A DNA stretch of 64,000 nt from Neodothiora populina (lineage: Eukaryota): contig NW_027191413.1 in NCBI RefSeq assembly GCF_041146345.1, positions 1,984,001-2,048,000 of the forward strand, read 5' to 3'. Below are positions 1 to 13,107 of this stretch, piece after piece. The notes under the pieces were generated by a model, which saw nothing but the letters and a program-made list of their open reading frames with translations, was not told where the DNA came from and did no database searches. The position numbers were made by a program, and so were the translations under genes. Numbering within the stretch: the first letter of the stretch is position 1; every line of letters begins with the position of its first letter.

Positions 1-1527
1 AATTTCCATACACAGCTGGGCTGGCCCAACGTTCTCCGATGAACTTACCTCCCGTCTCTCGGAAGAAGATGGAGCTCGGGCGGTCTGGGGAGTGAAGGTC
101 TTCATCGATGGACACGCTGTGTAGTGGGTCATGCTCTCTTCTTTCCATCTCTTCTTGCAATATTTCCACTTCAGACTAATCATCCCATAAAGTAATGGTG
201 TCTTCAGCGACGGACTTCGTTGGCCAGTGACCATTGGTAAGTGCTCGTTGCACCTGAGCTAAACTATAGTGACGCCATTCGTAGGTATTGTACTGACATA
301 TGCAGACGCAACGCAACGTAGTGCAAGGCTCCTGTTCCCACCTTTTCATGAATCTATACTCCATCGTCGTAAGATCGATGTTGCTGAAGACCTCGGGCGT
401 ATCAAAGTACTGCTCTCTGAAGGATATACCAGTAGTGGAGTAAGCACTTCTCGCCTTCGTCCAGTCTCACATGTGGCTTGCTTCAGCTTTATGCATGCTC
501 CTTTGGGTGAGTTTCAGACAGTTGCTATACATTTTCTGAACACAACTGATACTACAAAGGCATGTTGGAAAACCTGAACATTGCATGGCCTAACAACCAC
601 ATCTATGGCATTGAAAAGTCGGGTCCGGAGATATACTTCCTTCCAAGAACCGGCAGAGATCCAGCGATGCAGACAGTCAGCAGAGATCCTGGACTATCCC
701 CATTCTCGGAATCGTTTCTGGGGTGCACAGGTGCCGACCTATCTGATGCTCATGTTCCCTCATCGTCAAGACGTAATGAGAGTCAAATGCTGAGCAGTAT
801 GGCCGCCGCCTCAGAGCATGAGAGTTACGCCTTATCGACTCGCTGTGCTTCATGGAAAGAACCTGACACTGGATTCAAGTACACGCGCGCATCCGGGAAA
901 TCAACGACGCTGCTACCTGATCTCTTCTTGAGAGCGACAGATGACATGCCGCGCAGTGTGGCAGGAAGAGGTCTCTTTGCTAATAGCGAATATGGGCCGC
1001 GTCACCGTCCTCCGCATGGCCAGAGCAGAGAAGATGTTGTGAAGTCGTCTTTGCAGTCTGTGCACGCCGCCGCGGCATGCAGCGTTCATCAAATGAACTC
1101 AATTAGTGAGGCCAAGAAGCCATCCGGAAAGGCATGTGAGACATCAAACAATCGCTCTGATCGACAGCCCTCGTATGCTTCGGACATCAGCATGCATACT
1201 GCATGTGTTCAGTTTCCGGATTGCATTGTTGACGACCCAAGAAGAAATGGATCAATTCATGATCCAAAGTCGGGAAACAATCTTCAGCCTACCAGTGTCA
1301 CTAGTGGTAGTGCTCATGGTCCAGCACATCGCGCGACGTCAGGTTCATCGGAGCAACGAGGTGCTGAACCCCTTGACCAGCTTGTTCGAAAGCGCAATCG
1401 TAGCGTCTTGGGTGCGAAGGATGCTAATGCTCCTCTGACGCTTCCACCGAAAAGCAGAAAAACAAGCAACACAAAGCTCGAGACTTGTAGGGTTGTCAGT
1501 CAGGTTTCCGAGGACAGTGTGCAGTAG
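1..1527 (+). CDS. Conserved uncharacterised fungal protein, 5'-truncated by the window; exons ~<1-123, 202-236, 306-506, 561-1527
   Basis: Splicing at GT/AG sites with branch points gives one frame: ISIHSWAGP..VKVFIDG / YNGVFSDGLRWPVTI / DATQRSARLLFPPFHE..DLGRIKVLLSEGY..FSFMHAPL / GMLENLNIAWPN, then a low-complexity tail. I recall these motifs from a conserved Pezizomycotina hypothetical family. Confidence 0.7.
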
Positions 1528-2303
1528 ACTAGATGATAAGGCTGTCTTCAAGATCTTCACTTTACTAGCAACAATCTGAATCGAACACATCGTCCGAGCT
1601 GATATGCTAATTGATCGTTTTCCCGGCCATGAGATGAGGGCGTGCTGGAAGAGTCATTATGAGGTAGATGCGACTATTGAGCGGCTCAGACATGTATCGA
1701 CTGTCGAGTCCTTCGAACTGAGCAGGTGGAGCTTACGGACCATGCCCTCAAAATCTCGTGCTTTTCATCGTAACCCTGTTCTCTTTTCTATTTCATCGCT
1801 GGCCATTGGCTCGTTTCTCTTCATTGTTCTTTATTTTCTCACGGCCATTGTGGCTATTTTCATCGTGTACTTACTACTGTGAGACATTCTGATCACAGAG
1901 CTACTTGTACAGATATTCATGACCCCAATTCTATTTCCTTATTATTATGTCTGTATATGTCTGAAGTAAAAATTGTTGCGTTGTACAGTTCTTATCGTGA
2001 TGTCAACATATGATCTTGTCGACCCAAAGCGAAGTTTTGTTGAATTACAACGGTTGATTTGTTCTTGATATGATTGAATCTGTCCTCGATGGCTTTTGTG
2101 GATCATTCTCACATTCGTGCTTCTATTCAAAACCTAGTCACCCTGTCCAGCGTTCAAGAAGCGGAGACGCAGCTGTACTGGCCAGTCCCTCAATACAGCC
2201 TATTACACGCTGCGCATATATCGGTCAAGGCGCAGTCATACTCATATCCAATGATCTGAATCACTAAAGGATATTCATTGTCATCAACAATATTACATCT
2301 GCA

Positions 2304-4246
2304 ATGCATGAGGTTGTGACTCTACAATTTGGCCAACAGGCTAATTACGTCGGAACCCATTTTTGGAACACCCAGGTACGTGGAAGCGATAGTGACTCAC
2401 GCATATATGGAGGACTTTTATACATCATATTCACGATCAAGCGATTACCTCCTTCACTTGGGTTTAAGCTTCGTAATCTGGCCAGGAGACGTGGAGCGTT
2501 CGATTGCACACATTCGCTACAGTCGCTCGGGTCTGACAAGCAAATTTGCGCAAGTTTCTAACAACCTGAGCACAGGAGTCATATTTTACATACGGCTCGG
2601 ACGAAGAGTCGCCCGTGGACCATGACATTCACTTCAGACCAGGCATAGGCGCAAATGGGTCAGAGACATATACACCGCGAACTCTCATCTACGACCTCAA
2701 GGGCGCGTTCGGTACGCTAAGGCGAGAAAATGCTCTGTATGAATTACAAGATGATCCCACCGAGATTTCACAGCAGATGTGGTATGTAAATCACTGCCGT
2801 TGCCTTTGCTCTCGTCTAATATGACACAACAGGAGCGGAAGCACCAATGTGATCAGGAATGAAGCTATACCGCAAAGTGCATATCAGCAACATCTTGACC
2901 AGGGTCTCCCTACGCCCGCTCTGGACACTCCCAACGTGCGATTTTGGTCCGACTACAATCGCGTCTTCTACAACCCGCGGTCAATCGTACAATTACATGA
3001 GTTCGAGCTCAATTCGGCGCTGATGCCATTCGAGAGCTGGACAACCGGCGAAGACCTCTTCAATAATCTGGATAGAGAACATGACCTGCTGGATCGTGAT
3101 TTGCGACGCTTCCTAGAGGAGTGCGATCAGATGCAGGGGATTCAAATCATGACCCGTACTGACGATGCTTGGGGTGGATTCACCGCGAAGTACCTAGAGA
3201 GGATACGTGACGATCTAGGCAAGGCAAGTACTTGGGTGTTTGGTCTTGAAGAAGGTGGACGGCGGTCGAGGGTATTGTTTACTCCAAATGCTGCAAGCTA
3301 TGGAATCACTTTACTAACAAACACGTACAGGCTAAGCAGATGTTGCAAACTGCTAATAGTGCACAATCGATATACAACATCGCACAGCAAGCGTCACTCT
3401 ACATCCCAATTACCAGCACACCGTCACAGCTTCCTTCATATGTAACCATTGATGGAACATCGAAATGGCACACCGCTGCGTTGCAAGTACTGGCGATTGA
3501 GTCATTGACTCTACCGACTCGTCTAAGGTCAAATCAAGCAGGACGTACATCATTCGGCGACATCGAGAACGTCCTAAGCAACGATGGGAATCGTAGGATT
3601 GCCGCTCTGAGTATGAGCCTTGAAGATCCTACAGTACACGATGTTGCAACGAATAGTGCCGACGGACAAAATGGTAGCAATGGGCATAGTAATGGAAGCG
3701 TGGCTGAAGACGGCGAACCAAGCGTCGACAAGCTCGACATTGACCTATACCCCGAGGTCGCTGGCTCGTCTGATAGATCCAGCGCTTCATCAAAGTCGCA
3801 TGTCTTCAGTCAGTTGCAAAGCCTTCGTGGCAAGTGGTTGTCAACTTTCGAGATCGACGATACGAACTTTGCTTCGCGCAACAGATTTTCTAATGCACCC
3901 AAGATGGAGAGGTGAGTCATTATTGACCGTAATGGGCCGGTCGAATGGTATCGTGCTTTTGCTGACAAGACCTACGTACAGGTATCAGACCTCTCTGTTG
4001 TTTCCCATGCTGGATAGTTACCCTCGTATCTTTGCATTCAGCAGGCCAGCATACGAGAAGATTGCTGTACGAGCCGCACTGTCGACATCCACTGTGGTTT
4101 CTCACCGAGTACGACGTATTGAGGGTCTGGCACGGTCACTCGTGGGCATCGACGAGCGAGAAGCCTTGTGTGATGGGCTGATCAGTATCTGCGAGGAATA
4201 CGAGGACGGGTGGGATAGCGATAGTGAAATTGATGATGACGCGTGA
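2304..4246 (+). CDS. DML1: Misato/DML1 tubulin-FtsZ-like protein; exons ~2304-2375, 2576-2781, 2833-3270, 3331-3911, 3982-4246
   Basis: [48 protein letters not shown] and [17 protein letters not shown] motifs; canonical introns link the ORF pieces. Confidence 0.93.
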
Positions 4247-7120
4247 TCAATTTCGGCGTCGCGGGGACCTCTGCTGCTGACCCTCAGGATGCCCAAAACA
4301 GGACTTTGGGAAGGAGTATTGTTCACATGAGCTTCTGCGCCTGATCTATGCTAGCCAATGGACGATGTGAGCATCTCAGTCCTAAAAAATAAAAGACGAG
4401 CTTGCAGCCTACAATTGAACGCTGTGATAGAGCTGCAAAGTCTGCCCCACTGCAACAATAGCGGGCTGTGCGACCAAGTTAGAACGTGAGACATAGCCAG
4501 CGATCATGTTCGCGTGGTCCCGTTGGATGATCTCATGTCTCATCGGTTTACTGGACGTTCTTCGACGAGGGCGTCGGTTGTGCCGAAACGGTGCTTAACG
4601 GCGGGCGCCTCTGCACTTGGGTACTAAGCAAGCACTGTCAACGTTGGCGCGCTTCGCTTCGCTCCCACTGACATTCGTGGTTTACACCCGCCTAGTATCT
4701 GAGGTTCCTCGGTTCATTACTGTGAAAACAGAACCTTCCGATACTTCTCGACTCAGGCTGCTGAAACAAAACAATGATGATTAGTCGGACGGGCGGCACT
4801 CCATGTCTCTGATCTCGATCACCTACAAGATAATTGTCATGCTATTGGCTCCATTGACCTAAAAGAGCAGGTGGAAGGTTCGTGTAGCACAACAGCTCGC
4901 ATGCGGGCAGCTGTGCGGTCGTTGAGTCGACCGTTGTCAACGACTCCATGTAGAGTCTATCCACATGATTGTGACGATTATAAAAAGTATGTATTTGTTC
5001 TTAGCGATACTGTATTTAGAATATGCTTACATCTGACATTCCTGCCACTGCACGTCTCGTATTTTAGCCGTCAACACTGTGGGCAAAGTCAACACAATGC
5101 CCGATTCACGCAAATTATCATACAAGCTCGATGGATCATCAGGAGCAAAACGAAAAGTACGTAAAAGCTTTTCGTATCGGTTTTGTTGATTGTGGAGTTG
5201 GTCGAATATGGCAGCTCGTGGCGCGAGGTACACCCTCGGTACTGTACCTACAGTCGTGCTGCTGACTCTGGCTGGGAAGGGCTCTTGAGTGCGAACAAGC
5301 ATAACACGTTACCCCAGGTACTACACCCATGTCGGCCTGCTACAGTAACGTAGCAGCGAGGACATTGTTACTTTTGACCATGGGGTGACTCGTTGTGCAT
5401 GATTAGTCTGGATTCATTGGGTAATGGTCGACTGACTTCGCTAGCAGCATCCTGCCGTGGTATGCCATGGGCACCAATACGAGAATGCGAAGGAATAGTG
5501 GATATGATAGTGCCTACCAAGAGTGATCCTATCCGACTGATTCAGTGAAGGCCACGGTATGACCGTGCACAAATTCTCTGCTTTACTCAGTCGTGTCCTG
5601 AAACGGATTCGATCTTGACAATGCAAAGAAGGTACGAGAGGCTTGGCTTGGTTATAGTATCCGGATAGACTCATCGCTATCGCATGAAGCTCAGAGCTTA
5701 TGTATCTCGGGAAGAGATCCGCGGATGACACACAGCGAATAGGGATTGTCTCACACTCATCTCGGTCTGCTTCTAAGCGGGGCAAAAGCTTCCGATTAGT
5801 GAAATTGTGAGTGGGGTTGCGTATGTGGCTTTCTATCTTTTTGACCCCTTGGCAGCCGAAGCATGCCGTGCATGCTCGACCTGACAACCACAATACGATG
5901 TTACGAAGGTACCACAAGTACCTTAGTGTGGGTAACAAAAAAACACCTCATGCAGGTCAGTCACGCTATCGCACAGTACAGATTTATAAAATTCCACGGC
6001 TACCTGAATGAATCTGCCTGTGTTTTGCGTGAGCACGCCAGCGCACAACGCCCAATTTTCAGGATCTTGAGAATAGAAGCACCAGAAGAATAGGCCAGAA
6101 CGTACATTGACTCGAGACATATCTGAGCGGCGCGTCATGATTGTTGCACAACACGTGCTTGCGTACCGTAGCTGTAACGTGCGAGTCCAAGACAAAAAAG
6201 CAGCTCAGCTCAGGCCTGAAGAAATGGCGACCACAGCCCGAGTAAGGTTGGTGAGAAGCTCAATGTGGCTGTAGGGCGGTAGGGTCTCGGTACCTGAGTT
6301 CATGACAGGTATTTTCCCCAAGATGATCGCCAGGTTCTATTTCCAGCCCGTCAATGGAGCGGGGCTTCTTCCTTCCCGAGGAAGTGGGTGCGTTCTGCGT
6401 TATTGATTCACACCGTTTGGCGAACCGTTATGAGTTCACCGGATAGCCAACAGACCTAACGAGCATACCAAGGCACAACAGCGTAGGCAAATTATCTGAG
6501 ACATTTTCAGTAGGTATAGCCTCAAGTTATGATTTCAGACAACGTCAGGATATCCAGGAGGGCGTGCACATTGAAGAAGAAATGCTCATGCCAGATGATT
6601 AGCTCCAACTAAGTCGCATGGCATGCCGCATCCAAGCGCGCTTTCCTATTGGCGCTTGCTGGGGCGGCAGCGCTCTGTCATGCTCTCACCTGCTCCACTG
6701 ATCGTACCTGTACCTTGCGCAAGCGCAAAACTAACACACACGAGAGACTTTCGGTTCGGCGCCAAGTTCTGTGCACAGCGATCGTACCGCAAATCCTCCT
6801 CCAAGCACATTCTTTACGATGCTCTGATCTGGAGATCCTCATCAGCGGCGGGCTTAGGTAACGTCAGGTGTGTAAGACAGGCAGAAGGTTCTGTGTTTGT
6901 TGAGGACCATGCTGCTCCAGCAGCAGATTGGGATATAAGATACTACATCTCCACCACTCTGGTAGGTTTTCGAATCATCTCATCTTCCTCACTCCATCGC
7001 TTCACCTAAGCCAAAATCACCAGAGCAGACTCGTTCGTTAAGGTCTCTCTATATCCATCGTTGTATTATTGAGAGATATCCTTCGTTCCACACGCACTAT
7101 CTCCCTCACATAATAGAAAG

Positions 7121-9163
7121 ATGAAGTCTTTCGCAGCCATCGCAGGCCTGGTTGGCCTCGTCAGTGCAACTGGCGGTTCTGGATCTTGGGAGGCACCTCC
7201 TCCTCCTCCTCCTTCCTCTGCTTGGGCCAACTCCTCTTCTTCCGTCTGGGTCCCTTCTTCCTCTTCCGTCTGGGTCCCTTCTTCCTCTTCCGTCTGGGTC
7301 CCTTCTTCATCCTCTTCATCAGTCTGGGTTACTCCTTCAAGCAAGGTCTGGCCTACGAGCTCGACTGGCACTGCCGTCAGCTCTTCTTCGTGGGTTCCTA
7401 CATCCAGCGGTACCGGAGTCACATCTTCCACCTGGGTGCCCCACTCCTCTAAGCCCAGCACCGAGAACGCTACTACCACAACCGAGACCGATGTCTACAC
7501 CACCTTCACTACTTACTGCCCTGAGCCCACTACCTTTACCCACGGTCAATCTACCTACACTGTCACCACCGCTACTACCCTGACCATCACCGACTGCCCT
7601 AAGTGCACTGCTCACAAGACGTCGTCTGCTCCTGTTGAGAGCTCGACCTCGAAGAGCTCTTGGTCCGAGACCAAGAACGCCTCCACCACTGTTGTCCCTT
7701 CCTCCAGCAAGCCTGTCTGGAACGGTACTACCACTACTGAGACTGACGTTGTGACCACATTCACCACCTACTGCCCTGTCCCTACCACTTTGACCTACGG
7801 CCACTCCACCTACACTGTTACCAAGCCTTCGACCCTGACCATCACTCACTGCCCCAAGTGCACCGCTAAGACTTCGTCTGTTCCAACCTCTGCACCCTGG
7901 ACTTCCAGCAAGCCTGTCTGGAACGAGACTACCACCACTGAGACGGAGGTCAAGACCACCTTCACCACCTACTGCCCTGTCCCTACCACTTTGACCTACG
8001 GCCACTCCACCTACACCGTCACTAAGCCCTCGACCTTGACCATCACTCACTGCCCCAAGTGCACCGCCAAACCTTCCAGCAGCGTCATTGCCTCTCCCTC
8101 GGTCTGGAAGAACTCCACCGTCACTGTGCCTGCTTCGACCGTTGTCACCACTGAGGTTGTCACTTCCTTCACTACCTACTGCCCGGTCCCTACCACCCTT
8201 ACTCACGGCGGCAAGACTTACACTGTCACCACTCCCACTACTTTGACCATCACCGACTGCCCTTGCACCTTGACCAAGACTTCGACCGTTCCTTCCACTA
8301 CCGTCGTCAAGTCTACTCCCGTGGTGCCTGTCGTTCCTACCCCTACCACCGTCACCATCGACACCACTGTGTACACCACCACTTGCCCCGTGACTACTTA
8401 CGTCACTTCTTCGGGAACAACCTACACTAGCATCTACCAGACAGTCTCGACTCACACTTCGGTCCTCACCACCAGTGTCCCTGTCGTCCCTGTTAGCAGC
8501 GCTCCTCCCGCACCTGTCAGCTCTGCTCCTTCCAACTCTGCTCCTGCTCCTCCCGCACCTGTCAGCTCTGCTCCTTCCAGCTCTGCACCTGCTCCCCCTG
8601 CACCTGTCAGCTCTGCTCCTTCCAGCTCTGCACCTGCTCCTCCCGCACCTGTCAGCTCTGCTCCTTCCAGCTCTGCACCTGCTCCCCCTGCACCTGTCAG
8701 CTCTGCTCCTTCCAGCTCTGCACCTGCTCCTCCCGCACCTGTCAGCTCTGCTCCTTCCAGCTCTGCACCTGCTCCCCCTGCACCTGTCAGCTCTGCTCCT
8801 TCCAGCTCTGCACCTGCTCCTCCCGCACCTGTCAGCTCTGCTCCTTCCAGCTCTGCACCTGCTCCTCCCGCACCCGTCAGCTCTGGATCGTCCAGCGCCT
8901 TCTGCGTTGTTTCCCAGATCTCTGACGGTCAAATCCAGGCTGGCACCGGCCCTTGCACTCCTGAGTCCACTGCCATGATCACTAGCAGCCAGCGTGTCAA
9001 CGTCCCTACCTCATCGGTCGCATCTGTGACCACCCCTACTGGCACTGTCGGCTCGGCCACCACCCAGCCTCCTATGTCCACCTACACTGGTGCTGCCAGC
9101 ATGAACACCCCCGCCGCCGTTGTCGCTGGTGCCGGTCTCATGGCTCTTGCCGCTCTCTTCTAA
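7121..9163 (+). CDS. Secreted Ser/Thr/Pro-rich GPI-anchored cell-wall protein with TTYCP..PTT Cys repeats and one PIR motif
   Basis: 680-aa single ORF; N-terminal signal peptide [16 protein letters not shown]; four TTYCP(E/V)PTT..TLTITxCP repeats (Sed1-like); [13 protein letters not shown] motif; C-terminal YTGAA..hydrophobic GPI signal. Confidence 0.9.
   Translation: MKSFAAIAGLVGLVSATGGSGSWEAPPPPPPSSAWANSSSSVWVPSSSSVWVPSSSSVWVPSSSSSSVWVTPSSKVWPTSSTGTAVSSSSWVPTSSGTGVTSSTWVPHSSKPSTENATTTTETDVYTTFTTYCPEPTTFTHGQSTYTVTTATTLTITDCPKCTAHKTSSAPVESSTSKSSWSETKNASTTVVPSSSKPVWNGTTTTETDVVTTFTTYCPVPTTLTYGHSTYTVTKPSTLTITHCPKCTAKTSSVPTSAPWTSSKPVWNETTTTETEVKTTFTTYCPVPTTLTYGHSTYTVTKPSTLTITHCPKCTAKPSSSVIASPSVWKNSTVTVPASTVVTTEVVTSFTTYCPVPTTLTHGGKTYTVTTPTTLTITDCPCTLTKTSTVPSTTVVKSTPVVPVVPTPTTVTIDTTVYTTTCPVTTYVTSSGTTYTSIYQTVSTHTSVLTTSVPVVPVSSAPPAPVSSAPSNSAPAPPAPVSSAPSSSAPAPPAPVSSAPSSSAPAPPAPVSSAPSSSAPAPPAPVSSAPSSSAPAPPAPVSSAPSSSAPAPPAPVSSAPSSSAPAPPAPVSSAPSSSAPAPPAPVSSGSSSAFCVVSQISDGQIQAGTGPCTPESTAMITSSQRVNVPTSSVASVTTPTGTVGSATTQPPMSTYTGAASMNTPAAVVAGAGLMALAALF
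7231..7330 (+). repeat. 24-bp coding tandem repeat (SSSSVWVP) x~4
   Basis: ctcttccgtctgggtcccttcttc repeated in tandem. Confidence 0.9.
8501..8885 (+). repeat. 45-bp coding minisatellite ([15 protein letters not shown]) x~8.5
   Basis: Units start at 8501, 8546, 8591, 8636, 8681, 8726, 8771, 8816 and 8861. Confidence 0.95.
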
Positions 9164-10185
9164 GCGCACCCACAATGTGTCCGGCACGACAACCCCCCTT
9201 ACAGTGCCAGGCTTGCTTCTTTCTTTCAACCTCGATGTATGGCGTCACGGCACCATATGGCAGCATTTTGGCGGCGATCGATAAAGTCCGATTATTTTTC
9301 TGTTTTTGAATGGCGCCTTCTTTCCCTTTTTTTTCCACCACTGCACAAAATCTCTGTATTATGATGGGATATACGGCCTAAGTTGTCGCGGACTCTATGC
9401 AGTCCTATAATGTATGTATTGAATATGTAGCACAACCAATCGGCAAGTCTATATATACATGCCATAAAATCCAAAGCTTTATCAAAACTACTATTGCTTC
9501 TCTTCGCACATGGTTATCGTGTCCTGATCCTACTGTCATAATTGCAAGAAGTTTCCGAATCGCCAAAGGGTCTATGGCACGACGTCGTGAGTGCCTTGAG
9601 GTACCGTGGTATGCCTTTTGGCAATGCAAGCGCTGCATGCTGCACTTCTGGCGAGGTCGCGTACAGAGTATGTTTCGTTCCGAATTGTGATTTCCAGTGA
9701 CGATGTCGGTTCTGTGGTTCTCATTGCTAAGGTATGTTCCGCATATTCAAGGCATCTTTCACGTTTCAATGGTGTTGACGTAGCGAATAGAGTCGGTGAC
9801 GTTGAATTGCGCATGCAGGGGCCCCTTTCTGAAGCTTCGCGACAAACGTTTCGCGGGGGAAGGAACAAGTGGCAGCAAGTAAAGGACACACTGTACAAAG
9901 AAAAAGACATCTTTCTTGTCAGCTTTCCATTTCTCCAATCAGTGTATAATACTGCTCTTGTCTTCCTTGAGACCGTTTCAATCGAGGTCGCCATGTCATA
10001 GGGAAATCACAAAGAAAAGGACTAATCACCAAGTATCACGAAGACAGCTCTGAGGCGGGACTGGAGCATACCTTAAAGACATCAAGAAAGCGACCAGCAT
10101 ACAGACCTATTATACACTTATAATCTGTGGATTATACAACATGCTCACACCTCATCCCAGCCGCAGGCGGCTCACACAGCCGTCC

Positions 10186-13107
10186 ATGGCCACAATCGTT
10201 CCACTTCTCCTCCTTCTCTTTACTGGTACCGCGTCGGCGGCATCAGCTGTGCTGGGAATTGACTTTGGAAGCTCCTACATCAAGGCAGCCATTGTCAAGC
10301 CTGGCACACCTCTGGACATTGTGCCGACCAAGGACTCAAAACGCAAAGAAGCGAGTGTCGTTGGCTTCAAGCCATCTCCCAGAGGACCAGTAGAAGTCGG
10401 AAGCTTCCCCGAGAGATTGTACGGAGGCGATGCATTGGCACTCGGAGGTCGTTATCCTGGCGATGTCTACACGAACCTCAAATCGCTTCTTGGGCTGGTA
10501 CCCGATGAGGAGGGCACGGCAATGATCAGTCAATACAAGGAGAGACATCCGGCCATCACTCTGCGCGAAGAGAAGGGCAACGTCTTCTTTCAATCGCCCG
10601 CTTTCAGTCCAAAGGACCAGCCGTGGAGCCTCGATGAATTGTTGGCTATGGAGCTCAAGAACATTCGTGCCAACGCCGAGGCCATGACGGGCAAGGGAAG
10701 TCAGGTCACGGAAGCAGTCGTCACTGTTCCTGTCTTCTACACCGCCAACGAGAAGCGCGCCATCGAACGCGCTGCTGACCTGGCAGGCATCAATATTCTG
10801 GGTCTTGTCAGTGATGGCCTGGCTGTCGGCATCGACTACGCCGTGAAGCGCACTTTCCCAAGTGCCAGCGAAGGCAAGAAGCCGGAAATCCATCTCATCT
10901 TCGACATGGGCGCTTCGTCCACTACCGCGACGATCCTCCGCTTCCAAGGGAAGGAAGTCAAGGACATTGGCAGGTTCAATAAGACTGTGCAAGAGGTTGC
11001 CGTGTTAGGAGCGGGTTGGGACAGGACACTCGGTGGCGATGCATTGAATGCGATCGTCGCAGACCATCTCGTCAGCGAATTCACCAAGAAATCCGAAGTC
11101 ACAAGCGCAGGCATCACAGCAGAGGAAATCAAGGGTCATGGCCGAACAGCCTCGAAGCTTTACAAGGAAGCCGAGAGGGCAAGACAGGTTCTGAGCGCAA
11201 ACTCAGATGTCCGCTCCTTCTTCGAGGGCTTCTACAAGGATATTGACTTCTCTTCCAAGTTGACCCGTGTCGAGTTTGAAGACCTGGCGGCTTCCTTTGC
11301 CGACCGCGTCGAAGCACCTGTCAAGCAGGCACTCGAAGCTGCGAAGCTTACGCTCAAGGATCTCGACTCGGTCATCCTCCACGGAGGAGCCATGCGCACG
11401 CCCTTTGTCCAGAAGAGGCTCGAGGCCATGACAGGCAAAGACACCGAGGTTCGCACCAACGTCAATGCCGATGAGTCTGCAGCTCACGGCGCTGCCTTCA
11501 AGGCCGCTGGACTCAGCCCAAGCTTTCGTGTCAAGGAGATCCGCGACTCTGACGCCGCCGTCTACCCTGCTGGCATTGTCTACCCCAGCGATGGCAAGCA
11601 GAGACAGCAGAAGCTGTTTGTGCCCACTTCGCTGGTCGGGCCAGTCAAGCAATTCACCCTCAAGAACCTCGAGGACTTTGAGTTTGGCTTGTATCAGAAT
11701 GTTGCGTCTGTTGACCGACCTGTCTTGGACATCAAGACGGAGAACTTGACTGCCTCCGTTGCGGCACTGACTGAGAAGTTTGGTTGCACCAAGGATGACA
11801 TCTCGACCGCGTTCAACATTCGTCTCAACCCCATCGATGGCATTCCCGAGGTCCTCTCTGGCTCAGTCAGCTGTGAGGTTGAGGGTGGCGCAAAGGCTGG
11901 CGGACTCGGCGACTCTGTCAAGGGATTGTTTGGATTTGGTTCCAAGAAGGGCGAACAAGAACCATTGAAGGATGGTGAGAATCCCTCTGAGACTGTCGAG
12001 GCATCATCTAGTGCATCGTCTAGTTCCAAGGATGCCAAAGCCACTCCCAAGGCTGAAGCAGACACCAAGGGAAAGAAGCATACCGAAACCATCAACATCA
12101 AGTTCACTTCCGTCTCGAAGAGTCTTCCCCAGCCCTCGAAGAGTGAGATTCAACAGATGAAGGAGCGCCTCGCCGCTTTTGACCGATCAGACAAAGCCCG
12201 CATCCAGCGTGAAGAAGCCCTCAACGTCCTCGAGGCTTTTACTTACAGAGCAAGAGACCTTTTGGAAGACGCGGGTTTCACAGCCGCGTCGACCGATGAA
12301 GTGCGCGAACAGATATCTTCTCTTCTGAGCAGCACAAGCGACTGGCTCTATGGTGAGGGTTCCTCCGCCCCGGTCGATGCCTTCAGGACCAAACTAGCCG
12401 ACCTCAAGGCTCTTGTCGAACCCATCCAGGCTCGCATCCGAGAATCTGCCAGCCGGCCGGAGAAGCTCAAGTCTCTACAGACGTCTCTCGATCAGACCAA
12501 GTCGTTTGTCAGCATCGTCGCTGAGCAAGTCGCCAAAGCAGCGGCTTCGTCCTCTGAAGCCGCGCTCTCCTCGTCCACCTCTAGCGACGCTGCCGCATCA
12601 AGCAGCACAGGTAGCCCTTCAGACGAATTGGACGACCTCGACGATGAACCAGAGTCATCCTCGTCATCCTCGGCCGCCCCTTCCAAGCCTACCACCGAGT
12701 CGTCACTCTACACCGCCGAGGATTTGAGCACCCTCCAACAAACCTACGACTCGATTGCTTCCTGGCTGTCCCAGAAGATTTCTCTCCAGGACGAGTTAAA
12801 GGCAACCGAGGACCCTGTCGTAACAGTCGCGGAAATCGAAGCCAAAGCTTCCGAGCTGAACCGCGCCATGATGGACCTGGTGCAGAGGAGGATGAACATT
12901 CCCAAGAAGAAGTCGTCGACGTCGTCGTCGAGCAGTGGCTCGAAGAAGTCTTCGTCGGCGAAGAGCAGGAAGGCGAGAAAGAGCCCTACTTCTTCGTCGG
13001 CTTCTCCCTCTGGATCTGCATCCGCTTCGGGAAGTGGCAAGACTAATGTTGATGATGATAACGTGGTCGTGGAAGAGCCCGTCGTCATCGAGCACGAGGA
13101 GCTGTGA
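10186..13107 (+). CDS. LHS1: ER lumenal Hsp70-family nucleotide exchange factor (Lhs1/HYOU1/Grp170)
   Basis: Signal peptide MATIVPLLLLLFTGTASA; LGIDFGSSYIK, IFDMGASST, LGGD and VILHGG..RTPFVQ Hsp70 motifs; C-terminal HEEL ER-retention signal. An in-frame upstream ATG lies at 10141. Confidence 0.95.
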   Translation: MATIVPLLLLLFTGTASAASAVLGIDFGSSYIKAAIVKPGTPLDIVPTKDSKRKEASVVGFKPSPRGPVEVGSFPERLYGGDALALGGRYPGDVYTNLKSLLGLVPDEEGTAMISQYKERHPAITLREEKGNVFFQSPAFSPKDQPWSLDELLAMELKNIRANAEAMTGKGSQVTEAVVTVPVFYTANEKRAIERAADLAGINILGLVSDGLAVGIDYAVKRTFPSASEGKKPEIHLIFDMGASSTTATILRFQGKEVKDIGRFNKTVQEVAVLGAGWDRTLGGDALNAIVADHLVSEFTKKSEVTSAGITAEEIKGHGRTASKLYKEAERARQVLSANSDVRSFFEGFYKDIDFSSKLTRVEFEDLAASFADRVEAPVKQALEAAKLTLKDLDSVILHGGAMRTPFVQKRLEAMTGKDTEVRTNVNADESAAHGAAFKAAGLSPSFRVKEIRDSDAAVYPAGIVYPSDGKQRQQKLFVPTSLVGPVKQFTLKNLEDFEFGLYQNVASVDRPVLDIKTENLTASVAALTEKFGCTKDDISTAFNIRLNPIDGIPEVLSGSVSCEVEGGAKAGGLGDSVKGLFGFGSKKGEQEPLKDGENPSETVEASSSASSSSKDAKATPKAEADTKGKKHTETINIKFTSVSKSLPQPSKSEIQQMKERLAAFDRSDKARIQREEALNVLEAFTYRARDLLEDAGFTAASTDEVREQISSLLSSTSDWLYGEGSSAPVDAFRTKLADLKALVEPIQARIRESASRPEKLKSLQTSLDQTKSFVSIVAEQVAKAAASSSEAALSSSTSSDAAASSSTGSPSDELDDLDDEPESSSSSSAAPSKPTTESSLYTAEDLSTLQQTYDSIASWLSQKISLQDELKATEDPVVTVAEIEAKASELNRAMMDLVQRRMNIPKKKSSTSSSSSGSKKSSSAKSRKARKSPTSSSASPSGSASASGSGKTNVDDDNVVVEEPVVIEHEEL

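Noticed and set aside
1604..1882. 92-aa ORF with a hydrophobic tail
   Set aside because: Probably T-rich 3' UTR sequence of the upstream gene; no other support.
2376..2575. 200-nt DML1 intron as a C/D snoRNA host (CTGA at 2533)
   Set aside because: No RUGAUGA C box and no rRNA guide that I could recognise; a snoscan or Rfam search would be needed.
4774..4812. ATGATGA...CTGA box pair
   Set aside because: Too short for a snoRNA; no terminal stem or recognisable guide.
8501..8885. Regular repeat array resembling CRISPR
   Set aside because: No unique spacers, in-frame coding repeat, eukaryotic context.
7337..8932. 531-aa antisense Arg/Gly ORF
   Set aside because: Mirror of the cell-wall gene repeats.
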